Positions 39,285 to 53,524 of a DNA stretch of 64,000 nt are shown in pieces. Both the position numbers and the translations under genes were made by a program. Source of the stretch: Paramecium tetraurelia (Eukaryota); assembly GCA_000165425.1 (NCBI GenBank), contig CT868001.1, positions 124,001 to 188,000 of the forward strand. The letters run 5' to 3'. The number at the start of each line of letters is the position of its first letter. Position 1 is the first letter of the stretch. The notes under the pieces are model-generated. The model did no database searches, was not told the DNA's origin, and saw only the letters and a list, made by a program, of their open reading frames with translations.

Positions 39285-40206
39285 TCATTCAGTCTATGTT
39301 CCTTAACCTCCTTCACCTGATTGACCTCCTTCTCCCTATTGACCTCCTTCTCCTTATTGCCCTCCTTCCTATTATTCTTTTTACTCTTCCTGTTTTTGCT
39401 CCTTATTTACTTAATACATTATTACTTGTTTCTCTTGCTCTTAAATTATTGACTGACCACCCAAATAAGTTCTATCGAAATCTTCAGGAGCCAATCTAGT
39501 GGCTGCCATCAGTTTCTCTTTTACAGCCTACTCTCTTTATTGTGTTGCCTGCAGTTTTTCGACTAATTTCAATTCCAACGCTTCTAATTGCTTTATTGAG
39601 TATTCATGTTTTTCATTTTCCATAATTATCTTTTGTCTCTCTCTCTCCTACTCCAATCGCACCTTCTATTATTTCTCATATAGTTTTTCTTGGATCATCG
39701 CTTAAGACAGTTTCTCCTCCTCCTTCTTCAATGTCGCTCTCAACCTGAGATTTTGGGCAATTTTAATTTGCTCTTCATTTGTTTTCATTAATTCGAATTT
39801 AATGGAGTTTTTCATTAATTAAGCGTCTTAATGCTTCATCTCTCTTACCTCTTATTTCATCTTTTTGAGATGCATCCTTTCATATTAAGTTTACTAGTAT
39901 TTAGTTGGATCAATCATAGATAGTTGATGTTATTTCTGTTCTTTCTATTTTATTTATTACACCTGAAATAATTACTTTCATCTTCTATGCAAGTCGTGAA
40001 GCATACACATCAAGTGCCAATTGTTCTGCCATTTCCACTTTTTTTGACAGTTTCTCATTTTCCTTCTTTAATTATTTGATTCTATTCTCAACAGTCTAAG
40101 ACTCCAACTCCAATTATTTTTATCTCCTTTTGGCTTCATTTAAACTGAAATCTTCAGATGTTCTAACTGATTACACAGACGAACTTTAATGTAATTTTGG
40201 CAACAT
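39285..40206 (-). CDS. Coiled-coil protein with Gly/Gln/Glu tail
   Basis: MLPKLHQSSSV..., E/K/Q-rich helical body, ends EGGQQGEGGQQGEGGQSGEGGQGTQTE*. Confidence 0.75.
39306..39368. repeat. 18-bp coding tandem repeat (about 3.5 units) encoding QQGEGG
   Basis: acctccttc(a/t)cc..attg units at 39306, 39324, 39342 and 39360. Confidence 0.85.
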
Positions 40207-41381
40207 CTTATAATAATAATTTATATAATAAATTCATACAAACATTTCACAACACCAATATGACTAAACCATTACTCTCACACACACCCATTCACATATT
40301 ATACATCAATTTGAAGCCTTAGTTATTGTTACTTTGTATTATTTGTCTCCTATTCTCTCTATTTGATTAAATAAATAGTTTAATTGCATTCGAATGCTCA
40401 TTCATCATTCTCTCTAATAGGGTGTGTAAATATTAGCAATTTATATCTGGTTTTGTACTAAAAATATAAATTTATATTTCATATTCGTTTTTCATGCTTT
40501 ACTTCCGAAATGAATTTTAATTTCATCACCTAATTTATATATATGCTAAATCTTCTTGAAAAACATAAGAAAAGCTTTATTTTTTGTACTAGATTTATGT
40601 CAAAATCTATTTGATTATTAAAATCTGCATTTTTTTTATTTCTATTACTGGTGATACTAATAATATTGTTTAAATAATATATCTTGAACCAGGTTCAGTT
40701 AGATTCAATCTTTATCGACCAATTCTATTGATTTATTTACTTATTTTAGTGAGAAGCAAATTCAAACGGCAGATATCATTTTTTTTATTATTCTGCCCTT
40801 ACTTTAATAGGATGTAATCAACTTTATAGTTTAGTGGGATTGTGATTCAATTCATAATACTTTTGGATAATAATAAAATTTCAACAATCTGAATAAAAAA
40901 ATTATATATGATAACATAAGCGGAGGAGTGATAGCTTATGAAATTGTTTAAATAAAGTTGTTCCACTCCTTTTAGAAACTAACTTTTTAAATTAACCTTA
41001 AATCTAGCTTTATCTCTCCAAAAGGCAGCTCATTCAAAAATTCATAGATGAACAGATTAATTCTCCATCAATTTCAGTTTATACTATATTTAGTTAAGCT
41101 TAACAATTTCGATATTTAATCTATGTTTATTGACCTTACTAATTTAATAATAGAATTTACCTAAGTTTCATCAGAAATTTATAAGATTCTAATTTTAGTT
41201 TAATGAAGTGAATGATACTGAGATTTAAGAAGTGAAGATTTATTATTAATATATATATGTAGATTTATAAATTAATACAATTGAAAAGATTATGGTTTAT
41301 AAATATAAATTATTAAACTAAAAATATCGATCTTAGGCAAGACTTACCTTGAAAACATACATATATAGAAAGTGAATATCA

Positions 41382-41852
41382 TCAAAATCGAAAACTAGTG
41401 GCGAAAGTTTTTGGATGAGTTTTTTTCATCGTTGTGTCGACTGAGAACCCTCGAACTCTTTTTTAGCTCACTGAATCGATCCTCCTCCAGGAATCAAAAT
41501 TGAGTTCTTGACTCTGCTTGACATATCTCATATCCAGTTCGTGCTTTATGAGGGAGATTTCTTATTTAAAATAGTCGTTTTTTGCTCTCTGCCATTTGGA
41601 TGTTAGTCCCATGTACATGGTGGCATCACATTCTGCATTGTCTCTTATTTTCCTGGTTTAAGTTATGTGCTCTTGGATAAAAGATTTGAATTATTCTTTC
41701 TGTTTTTCTCTGAGTTTATTTAGTGACTGGTCTCCAAAGACTAAAGTTGTTTTATTGAGTTTGGCTTTTGGGCTTTCCTTAACGAACTATTCGCAGTATT
41801 ATTTGAATGAGATGTTGGGGTGCTTAGGTAATTGATTTTACTTATTAATCAT
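41382..41852 (-). CDS. Hypothetical protein (156 aa, intronless)
   Basis: ATG 41852 to TGA 41382, 157 codons with no internal TGA; higher GC than the flanks. Confidence 0.75.
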
Positions 41853-41872
41853 ATTTAATTTTATATCGAAAA

Positions 41873-44800
41873 ATGATTATGAATAATCGACGAGTGTTTT
41901 ATGATGAGTCCATTTGGGAACGGTTTGAGAACAGGATAAAAACCTGGACTTATGGACTCACCCACGAATTGTTGCAGAATTAGGTTTGCAGTCCATTCTT
42001 GTTCAAGTTCCTAATATTGATTGAGCTCATCTAACTTGTATTTTTTGAATTGACACATTATATAGCTGTATTATTCGATTCATCCCAACTTAGATTTTCT
42101 ATTCAAAACGGTGTGGTTGGAGTACTTCCGTAATGCATTGCAATACTTCTAAGTGAATTACATCATATTCAACGGTGGAGTGAATGTGCTGTTAATAGTA
42201 ATGTACATTGTAAGTTTGATTTGTGTATTATTTATAGTCCTTTGGAGTTCAGATTCTCATGTTGTTCCTGTTGATCATAATTACATTCAAACTGACATCA
42301 AATAAGAGGAAGCCAAGCACCTTTCTTACATACTGTCTAAAAATATTTTCCTTGTATGGCTTGCTTTTGAATACCATTTTGACAATCCCCATATTCAATT
42401 CCTTCATCGGCACCATTTATTGCAACTCCGACGCTCCCTTTTCCGATGGTTTAGAATGTTACGCTGGTCTCCACTTTTTGCATATATCATTGGCTGTACA
42501 ATAATAACTCATTTTAGATAATCGGCTTAATCTTATTTCTAATCAATGTACTCTATTTCGGATTGCTTTATGCTGAACTCAATCCAAGTTCCCCAATCCC
42601 CTTTGCATCTCCCCAGTCCAAAAATCCATTGGTTAGATAGTTGATCAAAATCATTCTTCCTCTCTACGTGACTCTGGATTTCAATGGCGAAATCGCAGAA
42701 GTCTACATATCTCTTTTGGCAGCATTTTATCTACTCCTGCTGGTCCAAAGATATCGATCTCCACCCTATTACAATAAGAGTGTATATGGATTCATCGTAG
42801 TGCAGGAAGTATTACTCTTCTGGGCAAGTTTGGTAGGCGTCATAACTGCATTTCTGGATTTAGGTGCTGTTGATGATATTGGATTGTTTTACATGATTTT
42901 GGGAATGCCATTGCTTTCCTTAGTCTATTTCCAATTATTGACTTTTAGACAATAACAGCTATTAAAAACCCCCATTAAATCATTCAAAAAGGAGACAGAC
43001 ATCGAAATCTATATAAATCATCTCATGGATTTAATTGAAAATCGTGAAATTCTTCAATCCAGAATTGTGTTGGAAGGTGTATTAAAGTTGCATCTAAAAA
43101 ATTGTGGAAAGCCCAGTGAAAACTGTGTTTGTCAGTAATTGGTAGCAGACAACTTGAAGGATGAAGAAACACCCCAAAAATTGAAGAGATGGTATCAACT
43201 AATAAAGAGTATTATATCTGATGCTCTGGATAGGTATCCAAAATGTCCAAGATTGCATCTGTTGAATTCATACATACATCATGAGAAATTGAAGAATAAA
43301 TTCAAAGCCTTATTTGAATTGATGATCACTGAAGAAAACAAACCGAATTTACAGGAAGAATTTAGTATTTATAGATATAAGAATCTGATTGAAGAGGAAA
43401 TGATCGAGAATGATATGAGAACATCTGAAAATAAAGGAGTAGATGTCAATATCATTGTAGTATTCTAAAATAAATTTGTCAATTTCCTCGGTAGTATAGA
43501 AAAAAGTGTTACTTTACATATGGAATTTTGGAGAGAACTACTTGAAGAAAACCCAGACATTTAGAAATTGTAATCACTTGGATCTAAAATTACAAACACT
43601 GTTGAATCTACAAGTGATTTCTACAAAAAACTGTAAGAGATGAATCAGAATCATATCAAATGTCTGTAAGTATACGGCAACTTTTTGAAGGATATTGTTA
43701 ATGACGATGTGGAAGGATAAAGGATCTTGGAGAAAGCTGAATATATACAAAAGAGCACTGCTGTCAATAAGTTAGGATTAGATTAAGAAAGATAGAAGTA
43801 TGGTGAAAATGCCAATACTTGTATTATCACTTGTTCAGGCAATTATAATAATATAGGTGTGGTTACTAATGTTAACAACGAAATAACTAGAATCCTAGGG
43901 TTCTCTAAGTCAGACATAATTGGATAGAATGTAAATAGAATCATGCCAAAAGTATATGCTGATCAACACGATCAATTCATGAAGAACTATTTAGAAACCA
44001 GTGATTCCAAAGTGATTGGATAGGAAAGAATACTATTAGCTCAAAATAAGAACAATTATTTGGTGCCATGCACTCTCATGATTAAAGTCTTGCCTAATTT
44101 GGATGAAGGAATTTAGATAGTGGGATTCTTGAAAGACATAGAACCTGGAAGTTCATATTTAAGAAGTGAATAAGAAATCGATTAGGAGTGGCATTTCATA
44201 ATCATCAATGTTAATAGTCAAGCCATCTTGGGAATTACTTAATCCTGTTATACCAGATATGGTATTCCAGCATCTTTGGTCTATGGTAATTCAACGAATA
44301 CTAATGAATTCACTATTGATGCCATTGCTCCTGAATTAGTGGATAGTAAAAATTAGGATGATCTCAAATCTCAAGGCTTGGTTACTACTATTGATACTTC
44401 TTAACTCCAACAAAACTTCCTGTTGGGACGAGGAGAAAGTGATGATGAGATGTCACTGGAAGAGGAAGAAAACATATACGAACCTCCATAATAAGCTTCA
44501 TAGATGTAATCTAAGATTGGAGATTCAAATTTAGGTTAAATGCTCAATTAGAATCATTAATATAAAGAAACTGCCGTTGATTTATCGCAATAATAAGTCT
44601 AGAATTCAAAAATAGAGGAGGCCAAAAGTAAGAAGTTGCAGAAGTAGCAAAGATATAAAAAATATAAGATTAAAGCTTTTGTTTAAGATGAGACAGAATT
44701 TGGCGATTAAAAAATATAGATCATCAGATTTTATGAAGTTGATGAGAATGAGGAAATTAAATAATAAAGATCGATGGAACCAGCAGCTGAAGAAGCACAA

Positions 44801-47135
44801 TAGAATTAGATGAAAACTGTTATGAAGGATGAATAATAAGTCTAAGAAGATGTGAATGCATCTGAGGGAGAATCCAATTTATCAGGTGGATCAGTAAATG
44901 ATGATATGAGATAATTGAAAGACTTCAAGGCATTAATTTCAGAAAAAACAGAGCCAAAATACATTCGTATTCTGAAACGAACTGTCTGGTTTATTATGCT
45001 CATACTCATTGTTCTAAGTGCACTTATATTGGGATACAGAATGACTCAAAGTTCGGATGTCTAAGAAGGTGCTGATGCCATCTATTTATCCTATATGAGA
45101 CATAATATTATGGCAGATGTCAACTTTTACACTCGATTACTGTAGATGTTGGGCAACAGTACTTACATAGCTGATAAACATGGTTACACTACAGCAAATG
45201 CAGACACATTTATTAAGGCCAATGTAATACTGTTTTAATATTGATTAGCTGTCCTATTTGGTGGATACTTTGAAGGTAGTGCAATTTGATGTCATCAAGG
45301 CCAGAATCAAAATGGAGGCTAGAATGACTGGATCGTCCAATTTGGAAACTTATTAAGTGAAGTTTTTGTTGACTTCTGGAGAGGAGAAAATGTAATTGTT
45401 TTCTAAATATTAATAGTTACGACAACATTTTTAATGATGCATTATTTTAAATTATTACTTCTGCTTCTTCATTGAGAAATTCATCTGCAGCATCATTTAA
45501 TGGTTCTGTAACAACAGTCGACAATACACAAAAGAACTTTTTTTATGTGATGACCAATGGCTTATTTGTTTTGAGAAAGGGATCAGAGGATATTGCATAA
45601 AGATTTTTCGATTTTTAGTTCGGATGAAATCAACAACTATTAGGTAACCTTCTTTGTTATTATGGGTGTTGGCATATTCTGTTTGGTGGTATCTGCAATG
45701 ATTCTCATTCCAATTGTGTTTTAGGTGCATAAGACAAACAATATGGTCATGTCACTATTTGGTATCATCCCAATACAAGAAATAAAGGAGTTAGCGGCTA
45801 AATGTGAAAATTACATGCAGGAATTCTTGGAGGACAAGAATGAAAAGAAGGAAATTGTTGATAAAGAAGATAAACCTCCTTAGCCCAATGTTCAACCTCC
45901 TGAAGTAGAAAAAACACAGAACAAAGAAGTTTTTGAAATGAATAATGAGGAAGAAGATAAAAGTGATAAAAAGAAGAACTAATAATAAAGTGGATCAAAT
46001 GGAAGTGGATAAAATGTATTGCAGACTGGACAACCTAATTCAAATGCTATTCATACATCAATCACTGCCAAGCCATCTGAGAATAAGGCTACTCCATCTG
46101 CCTTTACTTAAGGAGCCACCAAAAACGATTAAAAACAACAACAGCAATAAGAGCAAGATAAGAAAGAAAACGAAGAGGAAATAGAAAATCTTCGTTCCTA
46201 AAAGTTGCTTAACTCAAAGGATAACAACAAATCAGTGGTCATTGTTCAATTCCTAATCTTTGCTCTTATCTTTATCTCTTATTTCATTTTGGATATTAAT
46301 TTAGAATTGATCTTCCTGGATAATGTGCAAAAGGCCTATGATCATCTTCAATATTCATCCAAAAGACCCATTTCCATTAAATATAATGTTTACTTCACAT
46401 TCGAAGAAGTGGTCACAAACAAGACTCAATTAGAAGATACATTAGACATGAGGACTGAGTTTCAAAGCAGATTATATGATAATGAGAGAAATTTGTTCCA
46501 ATCTTTGACTCAGTCATTTCCTTCTTAATATGATTCCTACTTGTCCAAGTTTTAAGCTTTCACATATAATAATCTATGCGTCAATGACTTTAGTATAAGT
46601 AAACATTTATATCTTAAAATGTAGACAATTTTGTTACCGATTAAACAGGATGTGCGGCTGTTGACTCAGGCTTGCTTACAAGTGGGTTGAAGACAGCCTT
46701 TGTCTCAGTGGCTTTGAGCACAAATGATATGATCAGTTACTGGAAGAATACACAAAGAGCCAGAGCAGGTATGAATATCAATCACAATAATTAGACTTAA
46801 TTTCTACAATTAACAATTAGACTTACCATGATAAGTTGCATAGGTTACTGTACTATATTTCACCTGCATGCGATTACTTAACAGATCGATTCATGTCAGG
46901 CATTGCAGACTTCTTATCTTACAGTGATTCGATTGAACAAATGAAATTCAGTATCTACTTGGTCTTGATGTTTGCTGCATTCATTTTCTGTTGGACTCCT
47001 TACTTGAATAATCTATCAAAGCAGATTTGGAGAACTAAAGGAATGTTGAATATGATACCTATGGACATTATACAAAAATACCCTAATTTGAAGTAGTAAT
47101 TTATTGGAGGAGAGATATTATAGGCGGTGAAATGA
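41873..47135 (+). CDS. Multi-pass membrane PAS-domain protein (TmcB/TmcC-like), copy 1
   Basis: Multiple N-terminal TMs, helical region (HMEFWREL), PAS motif NVNNEITRILGFSKSDIIGQNVNRIMPKVYADQHDQFMKNYL, further TMs, C-terminal TKGMLNMIP. Confidence 0.88.
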
Positions 47136-47164
47136 ATATTATTATTATTTGAATTATTATTATT

Positions 47165-50100
47165 ATGTAAGGAATTTCAATCTTTGATGATGATAAGTCA
47201 GCCATCGATAAGATGTAAAATTCCTTCAAGAATCTCCTTTTTGAGATTATTTATTACTTGATATCTGGAGAGAACTTTCCATTATTTCTGTACATCTTCT
47301 TTGTGCTGATTGAAAGCTTTTAAGTGTTTTACTTTGCATTCAGTGATGAAGTAATTAAATATTATAAAAATTAAGTTCCTTTCTTTGTGGAAGGTCAAAT
47401 CCTGGTCTGAATCATTTTAACAATTTTTTGGATACTTTATGATATCTCCCTATTTGAAAAATGTCGAATTTCAAAGTTTTATCCTGGTGCTATATATAGT
47501 AATGGGGTTATTTTTTATACTAATAGTGCTGATAATCTTTATAGCAATAAAAGCATAAACCTCTTCTGTCGGTAAATTGACAGGTCCTTTGGTTGTTCTA
47601 AAAATATTTTTTGAAATTCTAAACTACATCTTCTTTATGCCAGTACTACATTTATTTTTAACTGTGTTTTATTGTGATTCGGCCACAGGATATCACAATT
47701 ATTACAGCGATTTACAGTGCTACACCGGTAATTATTTATTGCATGCCTTTTTATCGGCTATTGCTGCCTTAATTCTAATATGCGTAAGTGGATTGGTGAC
47801 GATGACCTTCTACGAGTCAAGATTTCAACCTAATAACCCTCTTTGTAAGACTTCTGGCAGAGACGATATGAAATTTTTGATTTTCAAAATAATCTTGGTA
47901 TTGTGCTTTACATTATTGAACGTAAGTGAATTAAGAATTTTGGTTGTCATAATCATCACACTTTTTGCAGTCATTCAATTCTTCTCATTCAATAAATCAA
48001 GTGTATATTTGAACTATTATTACTCCAAAGTGCTAAATTCTCAACATGCCATCATCATGTGGACAATTTGTATGATCATATTTGGCATCATTGTAGAAGA
48101 CACCTATTATGAAGGAGCACCATATTTGTGGGTATTCGGAAGCCCACTACTCTTATTGATTGTGATGCTGAGAAAAGAATATCGATATGATATCATGATG
48201 ATAGACTCCAATAAATTTGACTCCCTAAATCAAGCCATCCAACAGTTGCAATACTTAACCAAATTCTTGAACTATTATCATACCGACAGGAACATAGCCA
48301 CTCTCCTGGATGGGTTCGTTGAATATCACAGAACCATCTGCAAAAGGGAAGACTGTCCTTGTTAAGCTAAAAATATGGGGAATAAGAAAATCGCTAAATT
48401 CTAGAAAAATTTCAAACTCTAAAATTAGGATGAGGAAATCAAAGAACAATATGTCGTTTTAGTCTATATTTTAGAAAGAATCTTCACACTTTCATTGACA
48501 AGATTTCCAAATTGCACTGAATTGAGAATAGCACATTCGTTGTTCTTAATGGAAAAAATGTAATCAAATTAATAAGCATTATAAGAGTTGGTGGCAGCAG
48601 AACAAGAGAAACCCTATATGGATGAGTAATTCATTATATATAGATTAAAGAAACTGATTGAAGAATAGATGTTTGAGAATTCAAAGTCATCCAAGAATCC
48701 AGCAGCTGGCATTGATGCTGTTAATGAACTAACCACTGAGAACAATCTCAGAGAGATCAGGGCTTAGATTGAGAAATCAGCATCTCAACATATAGAGTTT
48801 TGGTCTCAATTAAGTGAAGACACACCAGACTTAGGAAAACTATACGATGTGGGAACTCGAATGATGTTTGTGGACAAGATGTTAGAAGATTCATGGAAAC
48901 GAATCATTAAGATGAACATGGATGTCCCACCGAATCTGATGATGATTTATTCCAGATATCTGGTTGATATTTTGTATGATAAAGAATCTGCTGAAGAGGT
49001 TTTGGAAAGATTGAAGAACTTTTATTCTGTTAATATGGACAGAGGCAAAATTACAAACAATATCAATGATTTTCCTAATGAATCCACTGCATTGATCAGT
49101 ATTTCAGCTGAAGATATCACTTTTGGTAGAATTATAGGACTCAATATGTCTGCATCCAAGATGTTTGGTTATTCCAAGAGTGAATTAATCAATAGGAAGG
49201 TAAACATTTTGATGCCTAATGTCTTTGCTCAATCACATGATCAATTCATGGAAACCTATTTGTAAACATACGAAAGTAGAATCATGAACAGAGAGAGAAT
49301 GATCATTGGTAAATCCAAGAATGGATACATCTTTCCCTTCTTTATCTATGTAAGATATGTGCCCTCATTTATTCATGGAGCCTAGTTTTTCGGAGCCATG
49401 AGACAAGAAAAAGTGTTTAAAAATGTAGCCTTCATGATTGTAAATGGGTAAACTTAAGAAATTGAAAATATTTCAGCCACCTTTATTACCATGTTCCACA
49501 TTGATTTGAATTATATCACCAAAAAGAAGACTAAAGTGAGTGATCTTATACCAAATTTTCAAGAGAATATTACTGAATATCTGAACAAAACAGGAGCTGA
49601 AGCAGAAATTAATTTTAAAAATAGAGACTAGTCAGTTTAAGGTAAATTTAATATCACTGCTGGTGAAATCATGTTTAGGGATTCTAAATTATAAGGTTAC
49701 ATTGTAAAAATTGAAAATAATAAACAAGAGAAATCTTTTCTTAATCCAAATGAATAATCTCAGATAAAAAAACAATAATAAGTCAAGTTCTATTTTTAAT
49801 TTGATCAAACATAACATATTTTTACTGGAGAGTACACTTAAGATTAAAATTTCTAGATGTCTGCCATCTCAAGTGTTAAATAGGATGAAACATTTGATTA
49901 TTCATAAAGAGAACCAGTTAAAGAAGATGAGAAGACACCAACATCAAATATAGGAGATAAAGAAGAAAAATTAGACCTTGCCTTAGGAATCAGGACTATG
50001 AAATATATCAATGGGTAATTATATGACATCGAAGAGTTTAAAAACTAGGATTCTGATGAGGACCAAGAAGAAAATGATTCAAAGAAGGGAGGAACCACTG

Positions 50101-52082
50101 GAATGCAACAAGTTTAAAAGGAGGATGAAGAGGAGGAAGCTGAAGGTGGACATGCTAATATTTATAAGTCCAGGAGAACTTTTGTTTAATTCCTTTCAGA
50201 GAGTCGTAATGTTAATTAGAGTAGTATGATATGTTTTAAGTGGAGTGCTGCCGTTTTGATTATATGTTTAGGAATATTGGGTTTATTGGATTATGTGTTG
50301 ACTCAATAATTATTTTAAGACATTTAAGATGGATACATAATGATGTAAGATTCAAATATCAGAGTAGCTTTAGGTTAAAGGATTTAATGGTAAATTATGG
50401 AATTATGCAGATTAAATAAAATAAATGTAGCTGGTACTGATGATAAAGTAAAAGTATAACTTGCTAATATGAATACAACAATTAGCGATTTAAAAGATAT
50501 TCAATCAAAAATTCAATCATCCACAAATGTTGGTGGAAGACAGGATGAGTTAATGACTACTAATTCCATCAAAATGGTTAGTAGAGATGATAGCGGAAGT
50601 GATAGCAATCAACTAGTTGATATAAATCAAGGAACTTCTCAAATAATATCTAAAGCTTTTGAAATTATGAATTATGATATCACAGAATTTGATCCTGAAA
50701 CCGATTCCATCTATTTCATCAGATACAATTTGTTAAACGATTATTATTAAGCTACCTTAGAGAGTGTGGATCTATATACTAATTAATTAGTTAATTTGGC
50801 TTATGATTCGAATGTTTTGTTGATTTTATTGATCGTAGCTTGTGTTTTTACAGTCATTTCAATTCCATGGATTGCTTGTGCCTTTAGCTTGGTTTCACAA
50901 AATTAGGAGGAAGTTATAAAATTATTTTTAGAGATTCCTTTGGCCAAAGTTAAATAATTATTCGCTAAGTGCGAAGCTTTCTCGAACACTCTCCAAATAG
51001 GTGAGGATGAAGAGGCAAATCAAGAAAATGATTTGTCATTTGAAGAAAATGATGAAGGAGAAGGAGTCGTAGAAGAGTTTGGAAGAAGAAAGAAAAGGAA
51101 GAAGTATAAGTATGATTCCAAAGACAAGAGGAATTTCTATATTAAATTCATTATATCCATTGGATTACTCATTGCCTACTTTATAGCCCACTATTTAATA
51201 GGAGCAAATCTGCAGAGTTCTATGTAGTAACTAATTTAAGAAATGAATGCTACCTCAATGGCTGTTCCTTCTATTACGTTTGCGAATAACGTTTTTCGAT
51301 AAATGTTATGGGATGCCAACTTCCCTGTTAAAAACAACGTATCTAAAACTTTATCGGCTGATTTTGTCAAAGATCTCTATAATTTGAACACGAACATGCA
51401 AAAAGATCATTCCTTAAACTTAGGATATCACAATGCTGTTTATAATGATTATTTTGATACAATAATGAAGGCTGGAGCATGCAACGAGGTCATCAAAGTT
51501 GCAGGAGTAGATTTGGCTACTTGTTAAGCTTTTGTTAAAGGAATTGTGGATGAATCTTTGGCCTTGGCTTTATCAAGACACTTCGAAAATCTTAGGTATT
51601 TGCTTACTGTATATGACTCTCTTTTGAATGATTCGACAGCCACAGCAATAGCAGGCACACTTTACAATTTTACTACCAATAGTTAGCAGAATAAGATACT
51701 CTCACTCATGTACACAGATATAGCTGCAGTAGAGATAAGTATGAATGTTGATTTATGATTAGATCAAATGCAAGACATATATATTAGATCAATATTTTAG
51801 TAATTGCTTGTAACTTTTAATGAGAGCATGCAGAAAGACTTAGAAACGAACACGACCACAACTGTGACCATATTTATTGTGTTCTTGGTAGTGCTCATTT
51901 TGGTTTATCTGTTGTTTTGGTGGCCAATAGCGAACAAGATTAATAACGAAGTAAATTCATTTCCAAATTGATTCTAGATAAGAAGAACGACGCTCCTTTT
52001 ATCGATGATACCCATAAATTTAATTTAGAGAATCAAGACTATTAGAGAATATTTGAATAGAATTCATAAGGTTGATTCTTGA
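47165..52082 (+). CDS. Multi-pass membrane PAS-domain protein (TmcB/TmcC-like), copy 2
   Basis: Same architecture: HIEFWSQL, PAS LNMSASKMFGYSKSELINRKVNILMPNVFAQSHDQFMETYL, C-terminal TTLLLSMIP. Confidence 0.88.
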
Positions 52083-52190
52083 TTAAATATGATATAAATT
52101 AATTTTCATTCGTTTTTTATTGATTAAGTTCATTTTAAATGTCCAAATGTATCAAGTATGTTAGTTCACTTTTATAATAATTAAATTTCT

Positions 52191-53491
52191 ATGGCTCGTT
52201 ATTTAATTCTGCTTGGACTTTTAAATCTCGTTCATCTTAGCGAAATATGCAAGACATTGTAAGTAAGCACCAATCTCAAAAAGGCATAAGATGATATCAT
52301 TTCCTTAGGTGTGACATCAAAATAATGGAGCAGAAAAGCAAGTAAAATTTTGTTGTATTTAATAGAAAATCCAATTATTGTACCTGCTTCTCAACACGTG
52401 GATTATATATATATCACTAGTGACAATCCCAATTTAGCAATCGAGAATTTCTAATTAAATTTCGATGATCATTACTATGCAGATTCTTCAATAAGATTAG
52501 ATCATAGACCTAATGGAAAACATACAGAATATGCTATAGAAATCAATTATAAATGTAAGGAATATGGAGGAACTCTTATTAATTACGAGATGCAATTTCA
52601 AGTACCTTCATGCGGAGATGCCTAAATATTTTGGAAGAAATTCTGTGGCAATCCTCTGACTTTAAGAGAAGGGTTTAGTGTGGATATGGTCTATAAAAAC
52701 TACAGACAAGAGATTATTAAAAATTCAGAAATCATAAATGCTTCTTACTTTGATTCTGATTTAGACAATTACGTGTTCAATGTTTCCAGAGACATAAACG
52801 TAATAAAATTTATCCTTTAAATGAAAACTGAAGTGTCATCTACAGATCAAATCCCTGAAGAATTTGTTACAGATGTAGCAACACTGAAAAAAATACCAGA
52901 GGTCAATCTGACACAGCCATATGTGGATGTGGAGATGGAAAACGTGACTAAATCATGGTTCGAGGGAGAACTCTCAAATGGTGGGCTGATTACAAATAAA
53001 GAAAGCGAGCTAACCTTGAATTTTAAGTGTGTTGGATTAGGAACATCTAAAATTGAGATTACCTTCCCATTTCAATATTTTAAGGACATCACATTGGTAA
53101 TTGTAAAGGATTGCAATTATGCTTTCAAAGTATAAAATGTGATAAATGCTAAATACTAAGAGGGTGACACCAAAAGTAAGTTTTATTATTAACTTTACAT
53201 AGCCTTTGCGGTTTATTTTGTGATATTCATAGTAGTGTTTGGTTTGATCATAAACTTGTGTATAGGAAGAAAGAAGGGCTTGGCCAATATTCCTTTCTTC
53301 ACTACGTTGATTAGTTTGCTTCTATGCATCACCTGTCAATAAAAAACGTACAATAATAGATGATAAATTTTAGATGTGTGGGCAGGAGCATTAGAAAATG
53401 CTTTGGTTTGACTGGAGAATCCTTTTTGCCTTCTGAGGAACCAGATGAAACCTTTTCTTCTGGTCAAAAGTAGTTTTATGGTTCTATATGA
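52191..53491 (+). CDS. Type I membrane protein with signal peptide and ATG27/M6PR-like cytoplasmic tail
   Basis: MARYLILLGLLNLVHLS leader, lumenal domain with paired Cys, one TM, then GRKKGLANIPFF and a terminal YGSI (YxxPhi). Confidence 0.65.
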
Positions 53492-53524
53492 AAATAATTA
53501 TAAATGTTATTCATTAATTTAATT

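Noticed and set aside
36652..40206. Single fused coiled-coil + Sel1 gene
   Set aside because: The upstream frame ends at TGA 39285 and a new ATG starts at 39211, giving two genes.
40207..41381. Long spacer with an approximately 100-codon plus-strand open stretch (about 40905-41206)
   Set aside because: No clear start, motif or homology; possibly a remnant but unsupported.
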